This document shows, in pieces, positions 53,221 through 62,786 of a stretch of DNA of 64,000 nt. The DNA is from Bacteroidota bacterium. GTDB taxonomy: Bacteria; Bacteroidota; Bacteroidia; Cytophagales; Cyclobacteriaceae. The notes below the pieces were generated by a model. It was not told the origin of the DNA and searched no databases. It was given only the letters and a program-made list of their open reading frames with translations. The stretch lies in the NCBI GenBank assembly GCA_027593175.1, contig JAQCJI010000004.1, positions 2,175-66,174 on the forward strand, written 5' to 3'. The position numbers and the translations under genes are program-made. Within the stretch, counting starts at the first letter, position 1; each line of letters starts with the position of its first letter.

Positions 53221-53260
53221 TTCATAACGAGGAGCTAAAGATTTTTTGTAAGTTTAGTAT

Positions 53261-54166
53261 ATGAAAAAAGGAATACTTTTCCTAGTTGGAGTTATTGGAT
53301 TTTTTGTAGAGAGTAAGGCTCAAGAGCTAGATTTTAGGGTCATCATCAACAGCGACCGTTCTAGATTTCAAAATACGGAGGTCTTTAGCCAAATGAAAAC
53401 TAGCTTTGAGCAGTTTCTTAATGGTAGAACCTGGACTTCTGATGAGTTTAGGCCTGAAGAGCGAATCAAGGGAAATTTATTGATCACCATCAACCAAGTA
53501 CCTCAAATAGGGATCTACAGTGCGACGGTTCAAGTGCAGGTGGTACGCCCTGTGTTTGGCACCAACTATGAGTCGGTGGTGCTGAACTTCATTGATCGAA
53601 ATTGGTCTTTTGAATACCAAGATTCTCAACCTTTAGAATTCAATCGTATTTCCTTTTTGAATAACATCAGTTCCTTGCTTGCTTTCTATGCGTACATTGC
53701 GTTGGGTATGGATTACGACACCTTTGCTCTCAAAGGGGGAAATCCTTATTTTGAGGTAGCAAATGATATCGTAAATAATGCCCAGCAGTCGGGTCGTGCT
53801 GGCTGGGTACAAAACCCCAATGATCGGAGAAGTCGCTACTGGCTAATCAATGATATTTACATTTCAACGGTTTATGCACCTATTCGAGAAGCGGCTTATT
53901 TGTATCACAGAAAAGGGATAGACCAGCTTACAATCGCACCGGAGGAAGCCTATAATTCCATTTTGGAAGCAATTCAACGCGTGGCAGAAGCGAATAAATT
54001 GCAGCCAAATGGAATTTTTACAATTAGTTTTATAGATGCTAAAGGCGACGAACTGGTAGAGCTGCTTAAGAATGCTCCATTTGAGATTCGCGAAAAAGCG
54101 GTTCCTCTACTACTTGAAATTGATCCGAATAACGCTAGAAAATACAACGAGCTGATCAAAAGCTGA
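53261..54166 (+). CDS. porD: DUF4835-family protein (T9SS-associated PorD-like)
   Basis: Signal peptide AQEL, F.NGRTWT, RPVFGTNYES, LLAFYAYIALGMDYDTF..GG, RYWL, YHRKGID. Confidence 0.8.
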   Translation: MKKGILFLVGVIGFFVESKAQELDFRVIINSDRSRFQNTEVFSQMKTSFEQFLNGRTWTSDEFRPEERIKGNLLITINQVPQIGIYSATVQVQVVRPVFGTNYESVVLNFIDRNWSFEYQDSQPLEFNRISFLNNISSLLAFYAYIALGMDYDTFALKGGNPYFEVANDIVNNAQQSGRAGWVQNPNDRRSRYWLINDIYISTVYAPIREAAYLYHRKGIDQLTIAPEEAYNSILEAIQRVAEANKLQPNGIFTISFIDAKGDELVELLKNAPFEIREKAVPLLLEIDPNNARKYNELIKS

Positions 54167-54206
54167 AGCATATCTTTTAGTTTTGTTGGAAAGCCATTCT
54201 TAATTC

Positions 54207-55859
54207 ATGCTTACTTTACTTAAAATCTCCAATTATGCGTTAATCGAACACCTGGCCATGCAGCCTAGTGCTGGATTGAGCATGATTACAGGTGAAACTG
54301 GGGCAGGCAAGTCGATTATGCTCGGAGCTGTAGGACTTCTGTTGGGCAATCGAGCGGATACCAAGGTGCTGCTTCACGAAGAGAAGAAATGCGTTGTTGA
54401 GGGGGTCTTCGACATTCGCTCCTACGGCATGCAGGAATATTTTGAGGAGCTAGAACTGGACTATGAGGATAGTTGCATTATCCGAAGGGAAATCAGTCCA
54501 AATGGTAAATCCCGATCCTTTGTAAACGATACTCCGATCCTATTGGATCACTTGAAGACCTTAGGGGAGAGGCTCATGGATGTTCACTCCCAGCACGACA
54601 CCCTACTCTTGGGAGAAGGGGATTTTCAATTGGGATTGGTGGATGCTTTTGCCGGAACAGGAGCTGAGCGAACAGCTTTCCAAAAGATCTTTAAGGAGTT
54701 TAAGAATGCCAAAAAAAGCCTAGAGGAACTTACTCGGCAGTCGGAAACGCTCAAAAAAGAATTTGATTTCAATCAGTTTCAATTGGATGAGTTGAATAGT
54801 CTTGCGCTAGTTGCTGGGGAGCAAGAGAAGTTAGAGTCTAGTCAGGAGATCCTTGAAAATGCTGAAGATATTAAAGTAAAAATCCAAGAGATCCTTTTCC
54901 TTTTCCAAGAAGAGCAGTTTGGCGTACTTCAGGGGATGGGACATATTCAATCGAGTTTGCAGGGTCTGGAGCGATTGGCTCAGGCTTTTGGAAGTTACCG
55001 CGTGCGGTTTCAGGAAGCTTGGATTGAATTGAAGGATTTGGCAGAAAGCTTGGCAGACGAAGGAAGTAGTGTGGAAGTGGATGCTGAAAAATTGGAGCGA
55101 ACTCGTGAGCGTCTCAGTAAAATTTATCAGTTGCAAAAGAAGCATGGACTGCAAACGGTGGAAGAGCTCTTGGCATTAGAAAGCCATTTAGCAGATCAGG
55201 TTTTTCAAGTTCAGCAGGTAGCAGATCAATTGGTGAACGCCAATAGGGTTCAACTCGAAAAAGAAAAGGCCATGCTCGAGGCGGGTGAGATCCTTAGCCA
55301 AAAACGAAGGGCTTGTTTTCCTACTTTTGAAAAAGCAATGGAGGAATTGCTTCATGAGTTGGGGATGGAAAATGCTCGTATTCAATTAGAAAAGCAATCC
55401 CTTGAACCCAATGCCACAGGTATAGATCGAGTAGAGTTACTTTTTTCGGCCAACAAGGGGATGCCACTACAGCCTTTGAAAAAAGCAGCATCTGGAGGAG
55501 AGTTTTCGCGCTTACTTTTTGCGATTAAGTATATGATGGCCAATAAAATGGCCTTGCCTACCCTTATTTTTGATGAGATTGATTCTGGTATTTCGGGAGA
55601 AGTGGCCTTGCAGATGGTCCGAATGATGCAGGTAATCGCTCAAAATCATCAAGTTATTTGCATTACACACCTTCCACAAGTTGCTGCCAAGGGAGCGGTG
55701 CACTTCTTTGTGTACAAGGACCATAGTGCGGAAAAAACGATTTCCAAGGTCAAGCAATTGAGCGAGGAGGAGCGGGTGAATGAGCTTGCCAAAATGATCG
55801 CAGGAGCCAATCCTTCTGTTGCTGCTCAGGCTAGCGCCAAAGAGCTCTTGATGAATTGA
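54207..55859 (+). CDS. recN: DNA repair protein RecN
   Basis: GETGAGKS, ASGGEFSR, IFDEIDSG, ITHLPQVAA. Confidence 0.97.
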   Translation: MLTLLKISNYALIEHLAMQPSAGLSMITGETGAGKSIMLGAVGLLLGNRADTKVLLHEEKKCVVEGVFDIRSYGMQEYFEELELDYEDSCIIRREISPNGKSRSFVNDTPILLDHLKTLGERLMDVHSQHDTLLLGEGDFQLGLVDAFAGTGAERTAFQKIFKEFKNAKKSLEELTRQSETLKKEFDFNQFQLDELNSLALVAGEQEKLESSQEILENAEDIKVKIQEILFLFQEEQFGVLQGMGHIQSSLQGLERLAQAFGSYRVRFQEAWIELKDLAESLADEGSSVEVDAEKLERTRERLSKIYQLQKKHGLQTVEELLALESHLADQVFQVQQVADQLVNANRVQLEKEKAMLEAGEILSQKRRACFPTFEKAMEELLHELGMENARIQLEKQSLEPNATGIDRVELLFSANKGMPLQPLKKAASGGEFSRLLFAIKYMMANKMALPTLIFDEIDSGISGEVALQMVRMMQVIAQNHQVICITHLPQVAAKGAVHFFVYKDHSAEKTISKVKQLSEEERVNELAKMIAGANPSVAAQASAKELLMN

Positions 55860-55922
55860 GGGGGCTAACTCCTAAATTTTATGTAGTTTTAAAGCAGATT
55901 TTGAATTCAACCCGATTGCTAT

Positions 55923-56738
55923 ATGTCAGAAAATTTACTTAAAGGAAAAGTAGGAATTATTACTGGAGCGCTTGATGAAAATTCCATTGCTTGGAAGACC
56001 GCGCTTAAGGTAAAGGAACAAGGTGGAAAATTTGTCTTGACCAATGCGCCTATTGCCATGCGTATGGGGGCGATTAAAGAACTTGCTGAGGAGTGCAATA
56101 CCATTGTAATTGGTGCAGATGCCACCGTTGTGGAGGATATTGAAAAGTTATATGCTGAGGCAAAAGAGTTTTTGGGAGCAGATTTCGACTTTTTGCTTCA
56201 CTCCATTGGCATGTCTCCAAACATCCGTAAGGGCAGAGCCTACGGTGACCTCAATTACGATTGGGCCATGAAATCCTACGATGTGTCGGCAATCTCTTTC
56301 CATAAAATGATGCAGGTAGCCGAGAAGATGGATGTGATGAAGGAGTGGGGGTCTATTGTAGGCCTTTCCTACATTGCAGCTCAACGGATATTCCCATTCT
56401 ACACCGATATGGCAGATGCCAAGGCCTTGTTGGAAAGTATCGCCAGAGGCTATGGTTACAGATTTGGCAAGCTGAAAAAAGTTCGTGTCAATACTATCTC
56501 TCAATCTCCTACTAAAACCACTGCAGGAACAGGTATTGGAGGCTTTGATTCTTTCTACAACTTTGCGGAGGCCCTTTCTCCATTAGGAAATGCATCAGCA
56601 GATGCTTGTGCGGATTACACTGTTAGCTTGTTTTCGGACTTGACGCGCATGGTGACCATGCAAAATCTTTATCATGATGGAGGGTATTCCTTCACAGGAA
56701 TTTCTGAAGAGATTATGGATAAGTTCAAAGACTTGTAA
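55923..56738 (+). CDS. fabI: Enoyl-ACP reductase
   Basis: GALDENSIAW, LHSIGMS, Y..MADAKA, VNTISQSP, HDGG. Confidence 0.9.
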   Translation: MSENLLKGKVGIITGALDENSIAWKTALKVKEQGGKFVLTNAPIAMRMGAIKELAEECNTIVIGADATVVEDIEKLYAEAKEFLGADFDFLLHSIGMSPNIRKGRAYGDLNYDWAMKSYDVSAISFHKMMQVAEKMDVMKEWGSIVGLSYIAAQRIFPFYTDMADAKALLESIARGYGYRFGKLKKVRVNTISQSPTKTTAGTGIGGFDSFYNFAEALSPLGNASADACADYTVSLFSDLTRMVTMQNLYHDGGYSFTGISEEIMDKFKDL

Positions 56739-56758
56739 ATCATTACAAAAGAATGAAT

Positions 56759-56782
56759 GCCCCGTACTTACGGGGCTTTTTT
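56759..56782 (+). terminator. Intrinsic terminator after fabI
   Basis: GCCCCGT-actt-ACGGGGC followed by T6. Confidence 0.8.
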
Positions 56783-56859
56783 GTTTCCACTCTTTTAAAA
56801 AATATTTTTTGATTTCTGGATTTCCCCTAACTTATACACCTTAAGAATCCCAACTAGCG

Positions 56860-58449
56860 ATGTTTAAAAAAATACTTGTCCTCGGTTTTGCATTTGTTGC
56901 CAGCGTCAGCTGGTCCAATGCACAGATCATGCCTTCCCCTGCACGAGCAGAGGGAGAGGGCCCTTATGAGAAACTGATCATTCGTGGCGTGACGCTTATC
57001 GATGGTACAGGTGCACCTCCCTTAGGTCCGGTAGATATTGTAGTAGAAAAAAACCGAATCACCCAAATACAGGCGGTAGGTTATCCTGGTGTTCCTATCA
57101 ATGAAAATCGCCGTCCCAAAGCAGACGATAAGACAAAAGTGATGGATCTGACAGGACACTATCTTTTGCCTGGCTTGATCGATATGCACGGACACATCGG
57201 AGGCTCTGGCCAAGGTACTCCAGCAGAATACGTATTTAAACTTTGGATGGCGCATGGAATCACGACCATTCGTGACCCATCGGCAGGAAATGGACTTTCT
57301 TGGGTCTTGGATCACAAGAAAAAATCTGCTGCCAATGAAATCACTGCTCCTAGAATATTGGCTTATAGTGCCTTTGGGCAGGGGGCAAAAGGTCCCATTA
57401 CCAATGCAGAACAAGCCAAAGCTTGGGTAAACGAAAATAAGGCCAAAGGGGCGGATGGAATTAAGTTTTTTGGTGCCAAGCCTGAAGTGATGGAGGCAGC
57501 TATCTCTGAAAATAAGCGAATAGGATTAAAGTCTGCAATGCACCACCAGCAATTGGATGTAGCCAGATGGAATGTACTTAATTCTGCTCGTGCAGGGCTC
57601 ACTTCCATGGAACACTGGTATGGCCTACCGGAGGCGCTATTTACCGATCGAACCATTCAAAACTTCCGATTGGATTACAATTACCAGAACGAGCAGCATC
57701 GCTTTGCGGAAGCGGGGAAGCTTTGGCAGCAGGCAGCTCCACCTTTTTCGGAGCATTGGAATAAGGTGATGAATGAGTTGCTGGAGCTGGAGTTCACTTT
57801 GGATCCTACCCTCAATATCTACGAGGCCAATAGAGACCTAATGCGTGCGCGTACGCAGGAGTGGCATGGGGTTTATACGCTGCCTTCGCTATGGCGTTTT
57901 TACGCCCCCAACCGTCAGTCTCACGGTTCCTACTGGTTTGATTGGACCACAGAGGAAGAAGTTCTTTGGAAGGAAAATTACCGACTTTGGATGACCTTTG
58001 TCAACGAGTATAAAAACCGTGGAGGTAGAGTTACCGCTGGTTCTGACTCTGGATTTATTTACCAGCTTTATGGATTCGCCTACATCCGTGAACTAGAAAT
58101 GCTGCGAGAGGCGGGATTCCATCCCTTGGAAGTGATTCGTTCAGCTACCATGTATGGTGCGGAAGCCCTGGGATTGGATAAGGACTTGGGTACGGTGGAA
58201 GTAGGCAAGTTGGCTGACTTTGTCATCTTGGAGGAAAACCCGCTTCAAAACCTAAAAGTATTGTATGGTACGGGAGCTATTCGAATCAGTGAGGCGAACG
58301 AACCGATTCGTGTTGGTGGCGTAAAGTATACCGTGAAGGATGGTATCGTGTACGATGCGAAGCAACTCCTTAAAGACGTACGCACCATTGTAGACCAGCA
58401 CAAAGCTCGGGAAAATTCGCGCATTACTCAGCCAGGGCTGGATTGGTAA
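56860..58449 (+). CDS. Secreted metal-dependent amidohydrolase
   Basis: Signal peptide, LPGLIDMHGH, GITTIRD, AGSDSG, GTVEVGKLADFV. Confidence 0.9.
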   Translation: MFKKILVLGFAFVASVSWSNAQIMPSPARAEGEGPYEKLIIRGVTLIDGTGAPPLGPVDIVVEKNRITQIQAVGYPGVPINENRRPKADDKTKVMDLTGHYLLPGLIDMHGHIGGSGQGTPAEYVFKLWMAHGITTIRDPSAGNGLSWVLDHKKKSAANEITAPRILAYSAFGQGAKGPITNAEQAKAWVNENKAKGADGIKFFGAKPEVMEAAISENKRIGLKSAMHHQQLDVARWNVLNSARAGLTSMEHWYGLPEALFTDRTIQNFRLDYNYQNEQHRFAEAGKLWQQAAPPFSEHWNKVMNELLELEFTLDPTLNIYEANRDLMRARTQEWHGVYTLPSLWRFYAPNRQSHGSYWFDWTTEEEVLWKENYRLWMTFVNEYKNRGGRVTAGSDSGFIYQLYGFAYIRELEMLREAGFHPLEVIRSATMYGAEALGLDKDLGTVEVGKLADFVILEENPLQNLKVLYGTGAIRISEANEPIRVGGVKYTVKDGIVYDAKQLLKDVRTIVDQHKARENSRITQPGLDW

Positions 58450-58472
58450 GTTGTGTAACTAGTACTTTTTGC

Positions 58473-58515
58473 AAAAAGGAGGAGAACTCGCCTTATGGTC
58501 TCTCCTCCTTTTTTT
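58473..58515 (+). terminator. Intrinsic, possibly bidirectional, terminator
   Basis: AAAAAGGAGGAGA...TCTCCTCCTTTTTTT. Confidence 0.75.
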
Positions 58516-58558
58516 AGTAAAAAAATGGTTTTAATCCCTCACCTCATTTCTCTAGACT

Positions 58559-59350
58559 ATGCCTTATATTACTCTTCCTACTGCAAAACTGTTTTATCAA
58601 GAGTATGGATCTGGATCCGAGACCTTAGTTTTTTCACATGGCTTATTGTGGAGCCACAAGATGTTTGCTGAGCAGGTGGCTGAATTTTCCAAGCAGTACC
58701 GAGTGATTGCCTACGACCATCGTGGACAAGGCAGTAGTGAGGTTGGAGGCCCTTATGACATGGATACGGTTGCAGAAGATGCAGCAGCATTGATCCGAGC
58801 CTTGGTCGGAGGATCGGTTCATTTTATAGGCTTGTCTATGGGAAGCTTTGTTGGTATACGCTTGGCTGCTCGCCATCCGCACTTGATCAAAAGTTTGGTG
58901 TTGCTTGAGACCTCAGCCAATGTAGAACCCCAAGAAAATCTACTACAGTACAAGTTGCTCAATGGACTGGTGCGTTGGCTAGGAATTATTCCTCCCATTG
59001 CCAATAAGGTCATGAAAATCATGTTCGCAAAAAGTTGGTTGGCGAATCCTGCGCAAGTTGACTCCATTCGTCATTGGAAAAAGGAATTGGCTTCCAATAA
59101 AAAAACCATCACAGGCCCTGTGGAAGGGGTAATTTACCGTAAAGGGGTGGAGGATGAGCTATCCAAAATTTCCTGCCCTACTTTGGTGATAGTGGGAGAT
59201 GAGGATGTGGCAACTACCCCAGAAAAGGCAGCTTTTATTCATCAGGGGATTGCAGGGTCCAAGCTGGAAGTTATTGTGGGGGCAGGCCACAGCAGCTGTA
59301 TTGAAAAGCCCGATCAGGTCAATCGGATTTTAGGAGATTGGCTTACATAA
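58559..59350 (+). CDS. Alpha/beta hydrolase (enol-lactonase-like)
   Basis: SHG oxyanion motif, DHRGQG, GLSMG nucleophile elbow, GDED, GAGH. Confidence 0.88.
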   Translation: MPYITLPTAKLFYQEYGSGSETLVFSHGLLWSHKMFAEQVAEFSKQYRVIAYDHRGQGSSEVGGPYDMDTVAEDAAALIRALVGGSVHFIGLSMGSFVGIRLAARHPHLIKSLVLLETSANVEPQENLLQYKLLNGLVRWLGIIPPIANKVMKIMFAKSWLANPAQVDSIRHWKKELASNKKTITGPVEGVIYRKGVEDELSKISCPTLVIVGDEDVATTPEKAAFIHQGIAGSKLEVIVGAGHSSCIEKPDQVNRILGDWLT

Positions 59351-59750
59351 AAAAAACTTCTTCCCGAAGAGTAGAGGGTTAGTTTGATTGAAATACCCGC
59401 ACATAATCTACGATCAGGTGCTGGGGAAAGGTAGTCGTTGAGTTGGGAGATCCGGGCCAATTACCCCCTACGGCAACGTTGAAAATAAAGAAGAAATTTC
59501 TTCTGAATTCATCCAACTCTGCTGAAAGTATCTTATCATTAGCAAATTACATAAAGGTAGCTGACGTTTCTCTTTTTGCTCCTCAAGCACAGCAGCGGAC
59601 CTAGTATCCTTGTAAGGTTTCTTGGTTAAAAACCGCACTAGCCTGGGTTTTTTTTGTTATCCTCTTTTCAATAATTTAATTCCTTGCTTCAATAATCCAT
59701 TAGGAAGAAGAAGATCTTTAATTTCCTTTTTTTGAATACTCCACTCAGGT

Positions 59751-62700
59751 TTAATAGGAATACGTAATCAGTGATCCCAGTTCAGGATCAAGCTCGATCT
59801 GTGCATATACGCCCACCTCCTGCTGCAGTTCTTCCACATGGCTGATGATTCCTACCACCCTGTTTTCATGGCGCAAGGCTTTGAGCGTTTCAAAGACCAC
59901 ACGAAGGGAATTTTTATCGAGTGCTCCAAATCCCTCGTCCAAAAAGAAGAAGCTTTGATCGGCTTGATTGAGGGCTTTTACTTTTTCCGCCAAAGCTAAG
60001 GCAAGGCAAAGTGAGGCTTGGAAAGTTTGCCCTCCCGAAAGTGTTTTGAGCAATCGTTTTTTACCACCATTCAGGTAATCCATCACCCAAAAGGTATTGC
60101 TGTCATCGATCTCCAGGCTCAGACTATTTTTTGTTAATATCCTAAATCGCTTGTTGGCCGTATTGCATAATTCGCGCAAGTAAATCGAGCTCACATACCG
60201 AACAAATCCCTTCCCAAAAAAAAGTCTATCCAATTCTTTTAAATTTGTTTCTCGGTTTTCAATTTTTTCAAACTCTCCCAAAAGCCGTTGCTTTTCTTTC
60301 AATTTTTGGGAAATATCTTGAAGCTGTTGATTGAGTAAGGTGACCTGCGACTGAAGTGTTTTTTCAGTATCCTTGGCCAAAGCAACCTCTAATTGCAGGT
60401 TTTGGAATCTTTCTTCTGAATATTCTTTCATCCCTTCTTCGGCTTTGAGTACTTTGATTCGTGCATCGGTTGCAGCGACCTGCTGCTCATAACTACGAAT
60501 TTCTGCATCCATTTTTTCTGCATCCAGGTCTTGCTGGAAGAGATGGATCAGTAAATCTTTTTCTTCAAAGCCATGCTTCGCCATCATTTGGGTAAATTCC
60601 AAATTGCTGGTTGAAAGTCGATCTTGGGTAGTAGTTAAAAATCTTTCAAAGTTTTGGAGGTCGGCGAGATTTATAGATTGAGCAATTTGTCTCTCTTGCA
60701 GATGTTTTTGTATCCCGACAAGGGATTCAGCAGCAATTTCAATGTTTTTTTCAACCAGGGCAATGGCACTGAGGATAGCGTTTGCGTCCTTGTTTAAATA
60801 AGGGCTACAAAATTCCGGATCCTTGATTTCCTGCTGTTTACCTGCTATTCGTGATTGTAAGTCTTGGTTTTGGAGCTGAGCCTCTTGCAAGTTTCGTCCA
60901 GCTTCTTCCTTTGTGACACGAAGGTCAGCACTCTTCTTCCGCAAGTCATTCAACTGATTTTGGAGATGTTGGGCAGTTTGAAGAACTTCACCCAACTCAG
61001 AAATTTTGCGGGCTAGCTCGTCTTTATCCGCTATACCAGTTAACTTTATTTTTTCCAAAAGGGTGATTTCTTGATTTTCAACGCCTAGTTTTTCTTGGTC
61101 TTTTTGGCTCTGATTTTTTTGAAGATTGCTGTATTGTATTTCTTCAAGACTTTTCTTTTGGATCAGCTCCCGGATTTTTTCCAATCCAAGATTGCCTTGC
61201 TTCAAATCCGTTTCTGTTTGTTGGAATGCTGCTGCCGAGGCACTTGCCTGTAAGGGATTTGGGTGTTCACTGGCCCCACACAAAGGACAGGGCATCCCAT
61301 TTTCTAAAAGATGTGCATGCGAAAACAATCCTTGAGTGCGTAATAGTTTTTCGCGGGCTACTTCCAGCTGACTTACCTCCATTTTTTGCAGCGCTAACCA
61401 TTGTTCCAAGCTTTGATCTGCTTTTTCAGGCACCTGAATCGTGAATTCTGCTAAAAGTTTCGTACTAGAGGCTAAAAGGGTAGCATTTTCCTCAAGGGCT
61501 AGCTCCAAGTCCAATTTCCGTTGCTGTAGTTCTGCCAGCTGAATGTTCACAGTTTTTAGTTCAATCAGTAACGAAGGATCCGAATTTGGGAGGGCAATTC
61601 TTTTGGCTTCGAGATCATCAATCTTCTTTTCTAGGAATTGGATTTCTTGGTTTTGCCGTTCAATTGCTGGAAGAAAGTCATTCAGTTTGTTCTGAACTTC
61701 CACTTGCTTACTGGTCAATTCTTGGATTTTAAGCACCTTTTTAAGGTCTCGAATCTTTCCTTCTCTTTGTGGGCGGAGGGCATTGATTTCTCGAAATTTC
61801 ACTTCGTCAGCTACTAAAGTTTTAAGTTCCTCCTCAAAGGATTTTTTGAAGCGATTGCAATCGAAGAGGCTGACTTGGTATTTTTCTAGATCCTTTTCCA
61901 GTTCTACTATGCGATCCCAGATGGGTCTGAGATAGGCTTTGGCACTTTGAAAATTCCGATAAAGCTGTCGCTTCTCGTCCATTTCGGGCTGCTTTACAGT
62001 AAGATTTGCTTGTATCTGAACTAAGCTTTGAAGTTCGAGGAATGATTTATTAGTGCCTTCCATCTTGCGCAATGCATCCCCCATTCCCTGGAGCACCTGT
62101 CCTGCCTGAAGGGTTTCCTGTCTTAAAACGCCAAGATCTTCTTGTTTGGTGTGTAAAATTTCAGATGAAATCTCCTCTAAACCCATTAGCTGGGTTTCTA
62201 CTCGTATTTTTTCTTCTCGAGCTTTTTTCAACAAGCCTCCTGTTTGTGCAGAAAGATCGAATCGGTCTAAGCCAAAGAGATCTTGCATCATCTGTGCACG
62301 CTCTGTGGGCTTTTGGTCGATAAAATCCCGAAACTTTCCTTGGGGTATAATGATGGTTTGTTTGAAGTTTTCCCGGCTCATGCCAATAAGGTCTTCTACC
62401 TTCTGTGCAGTTGCCTGCCATTCTTGCCCCACTTGCTCATAAAAACCATGAGTTGTGGTTTCTATTTTTTCGGGGTCTTTCTTGTTTCGTTTGACGCTGT
62501 AGCTAGCAAGGTAGGTGCTCCCATTATTCTGTCCTGACTTAAAAATAAATTTTAGGTCTACCTGATGGTGCTGCAAATTAATCATGCTTGAGCGCTCACC
62601 AGAGTTGGAAACCCGCTCTGGGCTTCCGTAGAGGGCAATCAGTATACCCTCCAAAATGGCAGATTTTCCACTTCCTACGGCACCAAAAATTCCAAAAAGA

Positions 62701-62786
62701 CCTGCCGCAGTCAAGGTTTCAAATTCAATGACCTGCCGTTCTCTGTAGGAATACAATCCTTCTATTTCCAGTCGAATAGGAATCAT
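59751..62786 (-). CDS. sbcC: Exonuclease SbcCD subunit C
   Basis: Walker A GAVGSGKS, coiled coils, CPLC zinc hook, LSGGQ, FFLDEGFG. Confidence 0.95.
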   Translation of the reverse strand: MIPIRLEIEGLYSYRERQVIEFETLTAAGLFGIFGAVGSGKSAILEGILIALYGSPERVSNSGERSSMINLQHHQVDLKFIFKSGQNNGSTYLASYSVKRNKKDPEKIETTTHGFYEQVGQEWQATAQKVEDLIGMSRENFKQTIIIPQGKFRDFIDQKPTERAQMMQDLFGLDRFDLSAQTGGLLKKAREEKIRVETQLMGLEEISSEILHTKQEDLGVLRQETLQAGQVLQGMGDALRKMEGTNKSFLELQSLVQIQANLTVKQPEMDEKRQLYRNFQSAKAYLRPIWDRIVELEKDLEKYQVSLFDCNRFKKSFEEELKTLVADEVKFREINALRPQREGKIRDLKKVLKIQELTSKQVEVQNKLNDFLPAIERQNQEIQFLEKKIDDLEAKRIALPNSDPSLLIELKTVNIQLAELQQRKLDLELALEENATLLASSTKLLAEFTIQVPEKADQSLEQWLALQKMEVSQLEVAREKLLRTQGLFSHAHLLENGMPCPLCGASEHPNPLQASASAAAFQQTETDLKQGNLGLEKIRELIQKKSLEEIQYSNLQKNQSQKDQEKLGVENQEITLLEKIKLTGIADKDELARKISELGEVLQTAQHLQNQLNDLRKKSADLRVTKEEAGRNLQEAQLQNQDLQSRIAGKQQEIKDPEFCSPYLNKDANAILSAIALVEKNIEIAAESLVGIQKHLQERQIAQSINLADLQNFERFLTTTQDRLSTSNLEFTQMMAKHGFEEKDLLIHLFQQDLDAEKMDAEIRSYEQQVAATDARIKVLKAEEGMKEYSEERFQNLQLEVALAKDTEKTLQSQVTLLNQQLQDISQKLKEKQRLLGEFEKIENRETNLKELDRLFFGKGFVRYVSSIYLRELCNTANKRFRILTKNSLSLEIDDSNTFWVMDYLNGGKKRLLKTLSGGQTFQASLCLALALAEKVKALNQADQSFFFLDEGFGALDKNSLRVVFETLKALRHENRVVGIISHVEELQQEVGVYAQIELDPELGSLITYSY

